Shown here in pieces: positions 14,765 through 27,575 of a stretch of 64,000 bases of DNA. Every line of letters starts with the position of its first letter. Position 1 is the first letter of the stretch. Origin of the DNA: Octopus sinensis (lineage: Eukaryota); contig NC_042997.1 in the NCBI RefSeq assembly GCF_006345805.1, forward strand, positions 142,662,001 through 142,726,000. The letters run 5' to 3'. The notes under the pieces were generated by a model. That model did not search any database and was not told the origin of the DNA. It saw nothing but the letters and a program-made list of their open reading frames with translations. A program made the position numbers and the translations under genes.

Positions 14765-15489
14765 CTCCTTTTCCAGCATGGTTCTAGCCTAATTCTGAAA
14801 TCACTAACTAGTAGCCTATGTTGGGGTGTATACTCTTCACCTGGGAAAGACTTTGCATCTGTTAGCATCTGCCTCGCTCCTTGCTGGTGAGGAGATAATC
14901 AACCTGGCTTATATTCCCACCAGACTGACAAGTAATTAGGTGGATAGCTGGCTTTCTAAAGTTATTGTTGCAAATCATTATATTATCTTCATGGTGTTTG
15001 ATCATTGGCACTATGAGATTCATTTTCATTTTGCCTTGACATTTCTGTATTTCTTATTATATCTCTTTTTCAGCAATCCATATTAAACATACTTATTTTT
15101 AACTACTACAGTACAAAAACAATATAGGTCATAAATAAATATGTATACAGTCATATTTCTATGTTTAATAAACATATATATGTTTAATATATTTAATAAG
15201 CATATAGTTTATTTAATAAATATATAGTTAATAAACATATAGTCTCACTGTGAACAGAAACCCATTTGGACCTTTGCAATAACCCGGGTTCATTAACTTT
15301 CCCAAACTACTGATGATAGTAGTTTGAAGGGTAGTTATTAAAATGATTTGTTATTGGTTTCTGATTGAATTGAGAAACAGCTATTTCCCAGGGGAATTTA
15401 TTAAAATGGATATGACTCTGTGGTGAGGTATGTATTGGTACAAGGTTGTCAGCCAAACAACTACAAGAATACCAATATCATGCGAGTTT

Positions 15490-15690
15490 CAAAGTTTGAC
15501 ACAAGGCCGGCAATTTTGAAGAAGGGACTAAATTAATTCCATCAACCTCAGTGCTCAACTGGTACTTATTTTATTGACCCTGGATGGATGGAAAGCAATG
15601 ATAACCCTGGTGGAATTTAAGCTCAGAACATAAAGACAAATGAAATGCTGCTAAGGATTTTGCTTGGTGTGCTAGCGATTATGCCAGCTT
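15490..15690 (-). mobile_element. SINE-like interspersed repeat
   Basis: ggcacaaggcc.gcaattttg...actggtacttattttattgaccc...gaactcagaacataaagac. Homologous to 41298-41510. Confidence 0.6.
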
Positions 15691-15732
15691 CCAATACCAT
15701 GTGAGTTATGAATAAATAAGATGGAGGAATGT

Positions 15733-16284
15733 CAGAGCTGGATTAAGACCCATAGAAACCCTAAGCACTTAAAAAGTTTTAGTGCCCCCACATGTATGTA
15801 ATCCAGAATATAAACAATAATAAACCATAAAATAATTTTTTATTTTTCGAAATGAAACAAAAGATAGAAAAGAATATTTATTGTTGTATACTTCCACTTT
15901 ATTTACATTTGAAAAGTTTTCTCCAACTTTAATTGCAAAGTCTTTGGACAGATCTTCAAAATTGATCTTACATAACGCATCTGCTTCTCCTCTTAGTAAA
16001 AATAAAGCATCCAGCCTGCCTTGTTGCATAGTTGTTTTGATGAGATTTTTAATATACTTCAACTGAGAAAACGAATGCTTAGCTGAGCAATTTGTGACCA
16101 TTAATGTTAAAAATGTACAAAAGGTAATGTCTACATTTGGAAAGGCACCATCAATAATGTATAATTTAGCAAGTTTAAGACGATTTCTAATGTGCCATAA
16201 ACTATTTACAACTTCTGTGGTGCCCACCCTTTCCTCAATGCCCTAAGCACGTGCTTATTTTGCTTAAGGGTTAATCCAGTGCAG
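15733..16284 (-). mobile_element. Internally deleted hAT transposon retaining the C-terminal dimerisation domain
   Basis: ORF 15769-16227: FPNVD...FLTLMVTNCSAKHSFSQLKYIKN..KTTMQQGRLDAL (hAT ERSFS motif region). TIRs cagagctggattaa/ttaatccagtgcag; perfect 8-bp TSD aggaatgt (15725-32, 16285-92). Confidence 0.9.
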
Positions 16285-17182
16285 AGGAATGTTCATTCTA
16301 AACTGCCAAAAGGACCTCTGGGACAAGTTGTCAGTCAAACAACTACTATAGTACTAATACAGTGTGAGTTATGAATAAATAAGTTGGGTGAATGTTCATT
16401 CTAAGCTGCCAAACAGAACCTTGGAGCCTGATTTCACAAGGAGACTAAATATGCAAAGATGTGATTTCATATATTATTTAATCATTTTTAACACAAACAA
16501 AACTCTTCTGAGTTTGATTATTCCTTATTGTTTCAGATCAGCACAAAAAACTAAGTAAAATCTCGCCTTCACCATTCTTTATTTTCTCTTAGTTGAACTG
16601 ATTCTCACCAAACGATATATTCAAACCTTTATTTCTTGTCTGATAATCTTATTAGTTTATATCACAATCAATGAAAATTGCCTAGTATTGATTACCATTA
16701 CTGATTTATAATTTGATTTATTTTTCTTGCCCTTGGTTCTGGAAATAAACTTCGTTATGTGTTTATATCAAAATTGGAGTAGTATGTTTGTATTGAATGA
16801 TATTTTCTTCTCTAATTAAACATTATCTTCCCATTGAAATATGTTGGCTTCATTTCACTGTCTTCAATTTCATTTTCTTTGAATATCAGAAACCTAAACA
16901 GTTTGATAAATTGATAATAATGCACCAAGCCATATTTCTCTTAATTTATACTAGATTAAGAAATTCAATAAAGAAGCCACTAGTATACAGTTTATGTCAT
17001 AAAAATCTCTGTTTGCCATTTATATTCTTACTCTACTCTCCATTTCTCAAATCTCTGATATCATTTGAATGAATTGGCATTTATTTTCTTCCATTTTTAA
17101 TTGTTTCGTTTTTTTTACATAATCTTGCTGATGCCATTGTCATCAGTTAGTCCTTCTCTCTCTCTCTCACACACACACACAC

Positions 17183-17266
<84 letters not shown>

Positions 17267-18131
17267 GCATAATATACACTCACACACACACACATTTACA
17301 AACTGTTTTCTTCTAAAAAATTTTTCATTAACTGTACTGTGCAAAAATACTGTTTCGACTGAATTTCTGTCTAAAAATGTGACCTTAAACAAATATGTTT
17401 ACAAAACAACTAGGAGCTGTGGTATGTACAGTTAAAAATAAAATTTTGGATAACACAGTCACACACACATACTCACTTATATTCTGAAACCTCATAATTC
17501 CTTCTTTATTTTTGTTTTTATGTTTCAAGCTTTTTGCGGGACAGAGGAGGTTGTTATGCAAATTACTGCTTGACAAAAGCTATTTATGATTCTTTTTGTA
17601 TATGTAAAAACCTATGTTTATTGGTCAAGTGAGGAAGAGAATTGTCTCTATTTCACTGATCCAATATGATTGAAATATGTATGTTGTTGTCACCTTTGCT
17701 AAAAAGATCAGGGGCTTTTTCCCCCCTTTAAATATGAGAATTAATTGTTTTGTTTTTTTAATTAATTCTCAATCTATTGAAATTATTTTCTCTTTTCTGT
17801 GTGAATTTCTATTGAATGTCACTTGGTCTGGACCAAGAGGAAGATTTCAATTTATTAAGAATTATTTGTACTCCAGCATAGCCACAGCCTTAAGGCTGAA
17901 ACATGTAAAAGAATAAAAGAAAACATTATTCAGGGTATTCATATATATATGTGGTTCTTCTTCAGTTTCTTTTTGATTTATATATTACAAAAAAAAAGTG
18001 ATTATTTGAAATGAAAGAGTACATTTGAAGAAGCTGATTGATAAGTTAATGTTTAAAATGATCAAGAAATAAATTAATATAAATTACTTATTATAAACAT
18101 AAATTAATTTTTATTTTTATGTCTGTTGCAG

Positions 18132-18447
18132 GATGAAATGGAGGATGGCTGCCTCAAAGTTGGTCTCGGTAGCCATCCCGAGTCAACTCTGTCTGACACA
18201 GCCCTCAATGAGACTCCAGGGGTAGGTTCTTCTAAGGAAAACCCAGTAAACCAGGAAGAAGTGGAATTGCAACCACTAATCTCCCATATTTCTGCAATGG
18301 ACCGAGGTGCTTGTATGGGCCATATCTCCACACTGCATGATGAGGTGGAAAAAATATTTGAAACTCCTCCACGATTCAACATTGATTCTTTATCAACGGG
18401 AGAAGTCTGTCAGGATCAGCACCGGTTTGGAGAGGATGATTATAAAA
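18132..18447 (+). CDS. SLC4A2: SLC4 anion exchanger (AE2-like), first recognised coding exon (DEMEDGCLKVG...DQHRFGEDDYK)
   Basis: Acceptor ttgcAG at 18130-31 and donor A|GTATGA at 18448. The phase-1 end joins the next exon to read EDDYK-N-HRRMSFPH. In-frame ATG at 18138; the true start may lie in an upstream exon. Confidence 0.8.
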
Positions 18448-18682
18448 GTATGATAATATAATTTTAATGCTCTGACATTTTATCATCATGATCTATCTTT
18501 TACTTTTGTGTTATGCAGATCCACACTTGACTCTGTTGCAACATGTTCTCTGTCAATCATGTTTTCTTTAGTTAACATTTTAATTCTTAGTAATCACTAC
18601 AACTAACTGTTACTAATCCCAAATATCTGCTAATCAGTTTTCTTCACTTAAAATTGTATGTGTGTGTGCAATGAGGTAAAGG

Positions 18683-19060
18683 TATGGCTGTGGGGCTAAG
18701 AAGTTCACTTTCAAGCCTCATGGTTTTGGGTCCAATCTCACTGCGTGATACCTTGGGTAAGTTTCTTCTGCTATAAACCACCAAAGCCTTGTGGTAGACA
18801 GAAATTGAAAGAAGCCCATTATGTATGTGTGTATGTGTCTTGACATCACATGTTGTAAGCAAGTGTCACTATCTAAGAAACAATATGATTAATTTCCAAT
18901 CTTCTGTGAAAACATGTCCTGCCAAGGGGAAATCCTACCTTGCTTGGAAACAAGTAAGGGTTGGTGACAAGAAGGGCATTTGATCATAGAAAATCTGCCT
19001 CAATATATTTTATCTGATCCATGCAAGCATGGAAAAGTTATCATTAGAACAGTGACAATG
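18683..19060 (+). mobile_element. tRNA-derived SINE head joined to RTE-type tail (diverged)
   Basis: Similarity to the 10204 head and to the gaagggcat...ccatgcaagcatggaaaag tail. Confidence 0.6.
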
Positions 19061-20065
19061 TAAGAAATAGGAAAAAACTTGAATCAATGATCAGAGAAAC
19101 TAGAAATCCAAAAAGTACTCTTTACAAATCAAAGATAATTGTAGACAAAATAGCTGTATTCCATAGATGTAATGTTTTAGTAAAGAATCTCCACTTTAAC
19201 TTATTCAGTAGCTCTGAAAGTAGAGAAATCAAGGAAATTATTGGAGCATATATATATAGAGAGAAAGAGCGGGTGGTGGCGGGGACACCACTTGAGAACC
19301 AGTGTTGGTTTGTTCACAACCCTGTAATGTAGCAGTTCGACAAAAAGGACTGATAGAATAAATTCCAAACTTTAAAAGAAAAGCACTGATTTCAATTTGC
19401 TCAACTAAACCATTCAAGGTGCACACCAGCATGTCCACAGTCCAGTGACTGAAACAAATAAAAGACAAAAAATAAAGATGAAGTATACAAACTACTTTCT
19501 CATGCCAGGTAAATATTTAAAGGTAGAAGTCCATTTTATAGGTTGTCATAGCATGCAGAGACAGCTATTTAACTTTCTCTACTGACAAAATAATAACTTT
19601 TTAACCTGAAACTAAAAGTAAACACTAAACCTGATACAATTGATATCTTATTTAGCTTGAAAAGGAAAACAAAGAATTAAATAGAAAATGAGAGGAAAAC
19701 AAAAGAAAGCTAAAAATAAATATTCCAGAACCTTTGTTACTCACTGTCTACTTATTTAAACATTTCACAGAATATACAGTTGTGATTTTGCAATTAAGGT
19801 TGACAAATTGGTTTTACCAGAAGAAAGAATGATATTGGCCATTTTGTTTTTGAGATAACTGAAGTAGCAGAGATATTGGTAACTGTTCTGCAAGTTGGAA
19901 AAAAATAGTTATTCATTCTTACAGAAAAATGAAGGTGCAGATACCTTTTAAATTATTTTTTCAAATTTCTTTTTAATAGATTGATGTTACTCTGTTAATA
20001 AGAAAAAAGTTTCCTTAGATTTTAATAATTAATTTGTTAACAGTCACTGAATCACCATCATTTTA

Positions 20066-20425
20066 ATGCCTACTTTTCCATGCATGGATCATAGAAAATT
20101 CATTGATGCAAATTTTCCATGGTCAGATACACTACTTGTTGCCAACCCTCATTTACATCCAAGCAAGGTAATATTTCCCGTGACAGGACATGTTTTCATG
20201 GGAGATTAGAAACAAATAACACTATTTACAACTATTATATGATGTCAAGACAAAGAGCTACACACTCACACACACACATGCACACACACTCACGTATGAC
20301 TGAATTATTTCAGTTGCTGTCTACCAAACCCACTCACAAGGCTTTGGTTGACTTGGTGCTATAGTAGAAGACACTTGCTTGAGGTGCCATGCAGTGGGAC
20401 TGAACCTGAAATCATGTGGTCTAGT
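20066..20425 (-). mobile_element. tRNA-derived SINE (diverged)
   Basis: ctatagtagaagacacttg...ggtgccatgcagtgggactgaacctgaaatcatgtgg, shared with the 43345 and 44697 copies. Confidence 0.7.
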
Positions 20426-21727
20426 AATAAGAAAAAAAAATCATATCTTGGATATTTTTACTATCACAAAAAATGTTTTGGCTACATTACATCATAGCTT
20501 TTCTACTTGTATTAAACTACTCTTACAAGTGGCATCAATCAGTTTTGTTTATTGAGTTTAGCTATGATCAAATATGCAGATATTAACTCTGTTTTTATTG
20601 ACATTTTCAAACTTAATTCACTTAGCCAGAGACAGATGGAAATGTGTGAAACCACTTACTGCGTGCCAAGCGTTTTAAAATAAGAAACTCACTTTTGTCT
20701 TAACTCTAAGTAAATGTTAACTTTGTGTAAATCTCATATTTGACCACTCATTAAATAATAACAAAGTGATAAATCTTTATAATGACAAAAATAGTCCCCT
20801 TTTGAAAGTGTTTCTCACTTCAATCTATTTAAACAGCATATCCTAGTCTCCATTATATGATATTTTTATCACTATTATCACCCTATTTAACATATATCAA
20901 TCAGTGTAAATTTCTCTGACATACTGTGTATTAATGACTGAATTATTATTCACACTGTATCAAGGGACTACTCAATCTGCCAGTTTCTGATAGTCTTTGC
21001 TCACATTGTTCCATCTCTGTCTGCTGCCATCTGAATTTCAATTTAATCTAGCTTCTTCATTTTTAAGGTTTTTCTATTTTAGAAGCCTAAAAACTATACA
21101 CTTTTTCTCCAGTCACATTGCATGGATTCCGTATTATTTGTTATCTTAACACTCTCAGTGTTATTCTATCTTTACTTCAGTTCTGCTCTGAACCCAATCT
21201 TCATCCAACAAGGCAATATAAACAAAATAAAAAAATAAATATAAATGAATAAATAAAATAATTAGGAAAATATTTCCTTTTTTTTTTTTTGTTTTATGTT
21301 TATAAATGGTGCTATTGTCATTATTTGATTTGGAGATTTCTGTTAAGATAACACCAATTATCATATTAAGATATCATCAATTTTTCTATACTGCTTCTAA
21401 TTTAATGAAGCAAGTCATTGGTCTCCATAGCCAAAAAATAGAAAGGAATTTAAATATAAAATTGCTTGAATGTTTAAAGTCATTTTGATTGAAATTATTT
21501 AATGAAATTATATATTTCAGTTTTCAGTCCTAATTGATAAAGCATTTTTATATTCTGCTTAGTGATGAATATATAAAAAAATCCATATTCTAACCATTTT
21601 TTCTTAAAAGGAAAATGAAAAGATCTAAATTACTTTTTATGTTTGAATTTGAAAACAACTTGCCTTAACATCCTTCTTTACAACAATCATGTATTTCTTT
21701 ATATCATTCGCTTTCTTTTTAATACAG

Positions 21728-21915
21728 ACCATCGCCGAATGTCATTTCCCCATGTCCATCATCCATTGAAATCAATGACCAGTCGCTCGTTCAAATCTAT
21801 GAAAGGGATAAAAAGAAAAGTAAAAAAGAAATTTCAAGGAGCCAGAAGCTTTCCATCCAAAATAGCTGCTCAGTCCCCAGTTATTCCTGAAGTAGATGTT
21901 GAAGAATATCAAGAG
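21728..21915 (+). CDS. SLC4A2: SLC4 anion exchanger exon (HRRMSFPHVHHPLKSM...EEYQE)
   Basis: Acceptor tacAG (21726-27), donor GAG|GTGAAT (21916). HRRMSFPHVHHPL resembles the N-terminal HR..S.HIHHPL motif of AE2/AE3. Phases are consistent. Confidence 0.88.
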
Positions 21916-22729
21916 GTGAATTTTATCTGTATATTTGAATTAATGTTTCTAGAAAATTATAAACTATTATTTATTTATCCTTTTTCTAAGAAAAAAAAAG
22001 TTTCTTTTTGACTATATTTAAAGTTTTTAATATCTACTTGCTTCATTTTATTTTCAATATATTCAAGATTCTGTAGTGTCTTAGTAAAAATATCGGTATC
22101 TTTGATGTCATAAGAATTTAGAAAGTTTGAGTGAACATGAAATAATTTGTTTTTGTTTTTTTTTAAATGGTCATGTTTACAGAAAATGTGGGTTCATGTC
22201 CCACAGGCGGTCTTTGACTTATTGTATCCAAAGGAATTTTTAACCCAATATTTGCACATTATTTATTTATAGCTTTATCCGTTTTAAGTTTCACCATTTC
22301 AAAATGGAAATATATCTGTAAGTTTACATATTTGCCTGTCCAAAACATTTTCATAATTTTGTTCTAAACATCCATGCTTGTTTTCAGACTTTTAGCTCAG
22401 CCCTTGTTTCACACATTCTGAGTAACATAAAGCTTTCCTTTCGTAAGTCCTAAGTTATTCCACTGGTTGAAAAAAATTGGGAATATGTATCATATATGAT
22501 GCATGGTCACCAGGGAAATATGGTCTGTGTGTCCACATGGGATACACAGAACAAGCAAAAGCTTAAGATGGTGTTGATCTACTGAAATTTCACATTGTTT
22601 TTCATTTTGGTCAAGATTGTAATTTAAATATGAACACTTTCATATGTACATGCAGATGCAGTTAGCAGAATGGGGTATAAAAAGGTGTTAAAAGGTTATA
22701 GGATAACATCACTACTACTTGTACTTGTG

Positions 22730-23175
22730 ATGGTGTTCACCCAGGGCAGGTTGAGCTGGTTTCTTCTCTGGTCCTAACGGCATCACGAACCATGGCAGCC
22801 CACGCTCATTGGTCCTGTGTGAGGTCACTGGAAATAGTGAGCCATTAGCGGTTCTATCTGTGCAGACCGACCACCTGCAGACCTGAGAGTTCGGAGAGGT
22901 CCTCCTTTATCGTTGTTGCCCAGGTCTTCAGCTGCCCGCCCGTGCGTTTGCACCAGCTGGGAAGTGATGGTGTGAGGAAGACATTGCAAATCAGCTCACC
23001 CTCTGGATGCCAGGCTGCATGAATGAACCACCTTAAGCGCCGTTGTAGAAGCACCAAAGGGAGGGACTGGAGGTTCAGGCAATGACAAAGACCGGCTGTA
23101 GGAACCCAATCAATGTGGTGGAGACAGTCATTGTCGAACACCTCCAGCCTTCGCTGATCGACTACCCTCATAGGC
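22730..23175 (-). mobile_element. RTE-clade LINE 3' fragment
   Basis: ORF 22854-23171: RRLEVFDNDCL...LLQRRLRWFIHAA...KRTGGQLKTWATTIKEDL. GC-richer than its flanks. Confidence 0.85.
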
Positions 23176-23519
23176 CATGTTTTATAACATCACACATCAA
23201 TGCTGCTTGATACTACTGATATTAAATAAGTTTAATGATATAAGCTAACATTTAATGAAATATTTTGAAAAATATCTCTGATTTATACAATACAGCTTTG
23301 TTATAATGTTTTATTGGGATTGTAAATTCATTAATAAATTCTTAATGCATTTATGTATGTAAATATTGATACGTGTTTCAAATATATTCTGAACAATTTC
23401 TTGGCTGACTATAAAATCTCAACTTAATTTAGTTCTATATTTATTATCCTGCAAAACTTTTAAGATTGATAATTGTTTTTCGTCCTACATATACCTCATT
23501 CTCTTATAATTTCTTTTAA

Positions 23520-23796
23520 CCCTTTAACATTCAAGCTATATCAGACCAAAGTATCTTACCTGGTTTGTGATAACTAGTGTTAATAGATGGCACTGAAGTA
23601 CCACTCTAATTATTTTATCCAAATCCAAACTCTCCTTCTCCAATTAAGCCATTAATTACACCTACCCTACAATGTCATTCTAAAAATAAATAGTCACATC
23701 ATTGAAGTCTTGAAGCAAAAGATAATGCAGGATTAACTTAAAACAATATAGATAAATAAGTATTATAATTGACAGAATAACCTGAATGGTAAAGGG
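23520..23796. mobile_element. piggyBac-type MITE
   Basis: TTAA|CCCTTTAACATTCA ... TGAATGGTAAAGGG|TTAA. Internal similarity to 3763-3925 and 4520-4578. Confidence 0.7.
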
Positions 23797-23838
23797 TTAA
23801 GATCACATAAAAATGGGTTTTCTCATTTTCTTTTGCAG

Positions 23839-24232
23839 GATATTGACTCAGATGATGCAGATTTTGATATGGCTTCCAACATGTACTCAATTGAAATGCA
23901 AGATTCACAGTCTGATATACCTGAATTGGCTGTTGGTTTCTACATTGGTGAGAGTGAGCGTGGCCCAGATGTAGCATCTTTGCAAACTTCATTTGAAGAT
24001 TCACCTCTTTTGATGAGACACCAACCATCAATCGAGTCATATGCATCTTCCAAGTCTGTAGCTGCACAGAAGTTCCATCGCCAGGCATCTGGCTCTCCTG
24101 AACCAACGTCAATGTTTGAAATAGATGAGGCACCTCGACCATCTGAACAAGCAGCACATCCACGATTATCGCTGGATGAAACAGATGCAATGAGAGGCAG
24201 TCAACCATCTCTAAAAGTAAACTTTCAATTAG
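23839..24232 (+). CDS. SLC4A2: SLC4 anion exchanger exon (DIDSDDADFD...PSLKVNFQL-G)
   Basis: Acceptor ttttgcAG (23837-38), phase 0. Donor G|GTTAGT (24233), phase 1, matches the next exon. Acidic, Ser-rich open frame. Confidence 0.85.
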
Positions 24233-24321
24233 GTTAGTTTTTCAGTTCTATATTTATGAGATGATGAATTATGTACATTATTTACATTTGATGGATATTT
24301 GTCCTCATTTTGTATGTTGTT

Positions 24322-24367
24322 AACACAATGTTTCGGCTGATATACCTTCCAGCCTTCATCAGGTGTC
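24322..24367 (-). ncRNA. Minimal type I hammerhead ribozyme motif in the PLE terminus, probably inactivated
   Basis: GACAC-CUGAUGA-A-GGCUG(loop)CAGCC-GAAAC-AUU-GUGUU: stem I GACAC/GUGUU and a perfect 5-bp stem II. The expected ACGU palindrome reads ACAU, consistent with CpG decay. Confidence 0.75.
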
Positions 24368-24438
24368 TTGAGGAAATTTTGAACCTGGGTTCTCATTCAT
24401 AAGGTATTTTTGGATGTTGTTGTTATTATTATTATTAA

Positions 24439-24469
<31 letters not shown>

Positions 24470-24495
24470 TTCATTATTATTATTATTATTATTTA

Positions 24496-24568
24496 GGTCA
24501 CTGCCTGGCATCGAACTTGAAACCTTGGGGTTAGTAGCCCGCACTCTTAACCACTATGTCATATGCCC
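24496..24568 (-). repeat. tRNA-like sequence (SINE head or tRNA pseudogene) inside the PLE 3' region
   Basis: GGCATATGACATAGTGGTTAAGAGTGCGGGCTACTAACCCCAAGGTTTCAAGTTCGATGCCAGGCAGTGACC, with A- and B-box-like motifs, followed by (AAT)n. Confidence 0.65.
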
Positions 24569-26627
24569 GTAGGCAATTATGGAGTGAATTTTAGGGCTTA
24601 TAAATCTAATATTTTCCTATCCTTCCTTAATACCAGTTCCCATATGCTGCCCATATCTGCACTCGGTCTGCTTAGGAGATTGTTGTGTCCTAGCATCTGT
24701 GCTGCTTCTTTTAGTTTTCGTATTTTCCAGTGTTGTTATTCTCTGTCTATTATTTTAACTTCATCCCACAGGGGAAAGTGGTCTCCATTTTTCTGTACAT
24801 GATCAGCTATACCCAATTTATCAATATCTCATCGTGTCACAGCTTTGCGATGTTTGTCTACCCTTATTTTGAGGGGGTGGCATGTTTTGCCTTTGTATAA
24901 CCTACCACAGCTGCATAGGATGGAGTACACTCAGTCTTTGGTCATATGCTCTTCTGTTGGTGATTTTACTCGAAGGAAATATTTGAAAAGTGCTGTATTA
25001 CTCTTGAATGCTGTCCTGATGTCATATGGGCTGCATATCTTTTGTATCTTTTCAGAGAGGCCTTTCACTTAGGGTAGACAGACTGTGGATACTTTATTGG
25101 TTTCATCCTCTCTTTTCTTCATAATTGGAGTAGATAGTATGTTTTGGGGATAGTTGTTACTTAACAGATTGTTACTTAGCTTGATCATTTCTTCATGGTG
25201 GCTATAACAATCGCTACTTACATTCTTTGCTCAATGTTTTAGGCACTGAGCAATCCCTCTCTTTACACTGTACGAATCGTTGAATTGAAGTTGAGGTATC
25301 ATCCAGTGAAGGTCGGCTTGCACTATACGGATGTCCTGAATCCATACTTGGTGCATGTTAATACGTTCAGGAATACTAGTTGATTGTCTTTTTCCTTTTC
25401 CATTGTGAATTGTATGGATGGCTTTATTGAGTTCACATGATCTAACAGCACTTGGACATCTTTCAGGTGGAGCCAGAGTATAAAGGTGTCATCAACATAT
25501 CGCAGCCATAGGGTAGGTTTTAGCGATGTTGATCCTAAAGCCAAATTCTCAAAGTATTCCATGTATATATTGGCTATTATCAATGATAATGGTGAACCCA
25601 TAACTAAACCCTCTTCTTGTCGATATATATCAGTGTCCATACTGAGGTAGGTAGTTTCTACACAGAAGGTCAACATTTCCATCAGGTTTCTTATTGGTAT
25701 ACTAATGCGTTCTTTTAGATGGGTGTCTGTCACTAGTTTTTCTTGAATCACTGATAGTGCTTCACCAGTTAGGACTTTGGTGAACAGACTTATTTCATCT
25801 AGACTCACCATCTGGTTGGATTCAATGGGGGTATCCTTGATCAATTGTGTGTAGAATTCCACCCACTTCCATTTTTCTTCCACAACTTTTTGTCATATTT
25901 GAATTATCCTTATGATTTATCTTTTTATCCATGACAAAAAAAATAAACCTTGTTCTTTCTTTCTTTTTTTTTTGTTTTTGAGTTTATGTATATACATTTA
26001 TTTATTACTAGAAATAGTATTTAACTATTCCAAAACATTAATTAGTTACCTAATTAAATTTATGTTTGTATCAAAATATAAATAAGTATTAAAGAAATCT
26101 AAACTTCAAAGAAGATATTCCCCGTTGTGTTCTGTTAACATTATTTAATTCAATGATTAAAAGACAGTGTGATTATGGCTCTGTCACATTATTTATCTTC
26201 TGCTGTGAAAAATACAGTAGTTTAAGAATTGTAATAGAATTTATAAAATGAAAACCAATTACAAAACAGCTTTGTTTTTTCTAATATTCAATGTGATATT
26301 TTACTTGAAGAATTTTGTGTTAACTTCTAGATATGTGATAGTGATTAAGCTCTCTTTTAAGATTGATAAATATTTTATGGAGGCAAGCTGGCAGAATTGT
26401 TACCGTACTGGACAAAATGCTTATCAGCATTTCTTCCAGCTTTTCACATTCTGAGTTCAAATACTTTGCTTTTTATCCTTTTGAGGGTCAATATAATTAT
26501 CAGTTGAGTACTTGAGTCAATTGATTTCCCTCTCCCCTCAAAATTGTTAGCTTTGTACCAAAATTAGAATGAAATATATGATCTAAAGTAGGATGTTCAC
26601 TAATCAAGGTAAGGGTTTATATTTCAG

Positions 26628-26736
26628 GAGAAGAGGAGCCCAGTCAAGAGGATGTATTATGGGTTAAAAGGACAGATGTAGACACTGGAAAGGGAGGGTT
26701 AATGAAACAATCTTCATCAGCTGCATCTGCACCAAG
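26628..26736 (+). CDS. SLC4A2: SLC4 anion exchanger exon, absent from the ORF track (G-EEEPSQEDVLWVKRTDVDTGKGGLMKQSSSAASAP)
   Basis: Branch-like CTAAT at 26600, acceptor atttcAG (26626-27), donor AG|GTATAC (26737). Phase 1 in and phase 2 out bridge both neighbouring exons exactly. Confidence 0.8.
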
Positions 26737-27349
26737 GTATACTATTGGCATTTTTTTTTTTTTAGATGTCTTCATTTATCAAATTGAAATAAACACATTG
26801 AATGCAATTTTCTTTTCACAAACTGTTATTAAAATATAAAAATGTTTATGGCATAAAAATTTAGAATCTTTGAGAGACCTGCAATAAACTGCTTTGAAGA
26901 GTGGAACTCAAAACATGATGTTATAAATATGTGAATGATAGTTGGGTTTAAAATATCAATGGTTGTCTTTCACTTTTTTCCATCCCAGAGGATTATTAAC
27001 CCAATATTTACATGCTATAATTTACAGCATTATTTAATTTCAGTTCCATTAATGAAAAATATATATTATTCTAAGCAATCATTTCGTTTTGTGTGTCAAA
27101 CAAAGTTAGTTGTTATTTTTAAATAGTTCTGAAACGTCTTTAAAAACTTGTATCAGAAACTCTCTTCAACTTCCTAGCTTTTGTTTGTCATCTGTAACAA
27201 TAACACTGAAACATTTGTAATTGTTCTTTGTATAATAGATACACATGATAAAAATCCACAAAACTATAATATCAATAAGCCTAAATAATATAATGAAAGC
27301 TAGGAATGGTAGAAGTATTTTATTTGTCTTATCAACATAACCTCAGCAT

Positions 27350-27575
27350 CCCCTGGTCATCGATGTCTTTAGTCCTAGGGCTGATATCATAACATTTTCC
27401 CTGAATGGGACATCAGTCTGTCACAGAGCTATTCATTTATAGCTGAGTGAATTGGAGCAACACAATATAAAGTGTTTTGCTCACGAATACAACACATCAC
27501 CTGGTCCAGGAATCAAAACCAGAATCTTATAATCATGAGTCCAACACTCTAACCACTAGACCATGTACCTTCATA
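27350..27575 (-). mobile_element. Diverged tRNA-derived SINE
   Basis: Minus-strand head ggtacatggtctagtggttagagtgttggactcatg. Body shares cagctgagtgaa.tggagcaa...aagtgt.ttgctca with 29310-29575. Confidence 0.65.

Larger units (their letters stand above)
24275..25885 (-). mobile_element. Penelope-like retroelement: 5'-truncated RT plus C-terminal GIY-YIG endonuclease, degenerate
   Basis: RT motifs VSLDEISLFTKV, GLVMGSPLS, WLRYVDDTF, IQFTMEKE (25323-25883). About 24940-24600 reads VYSILCSCGRLYKGKTCHPLKIRVDKH...IADH...WKIRKLKEA (GIY-YIG) with stops. Terminal region carries a hammerhead motif. Confidence 0.92.

Noticed and set aside
24217-24222. Donor GTAAAC as the end of the third exon
   Set aside because: Phase 0 does not fit the acceptor at 26627; GTTAGT at 24233 restores the frame.
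24496-24568. Functional tRNA gene
   Set aside because: The acceptor and anticodon stems pair poorly and it lies within a retroelement; treated as a SINE head or pseudogene.
24920-24940. In-frame TGA at a possible Cys position in the PLE GIY-YIG domain (possible selenocysteine)
   Set aside because: The copy has several other stops and frameshifts, so ordinary decay explains it, and no SECIS was identified.
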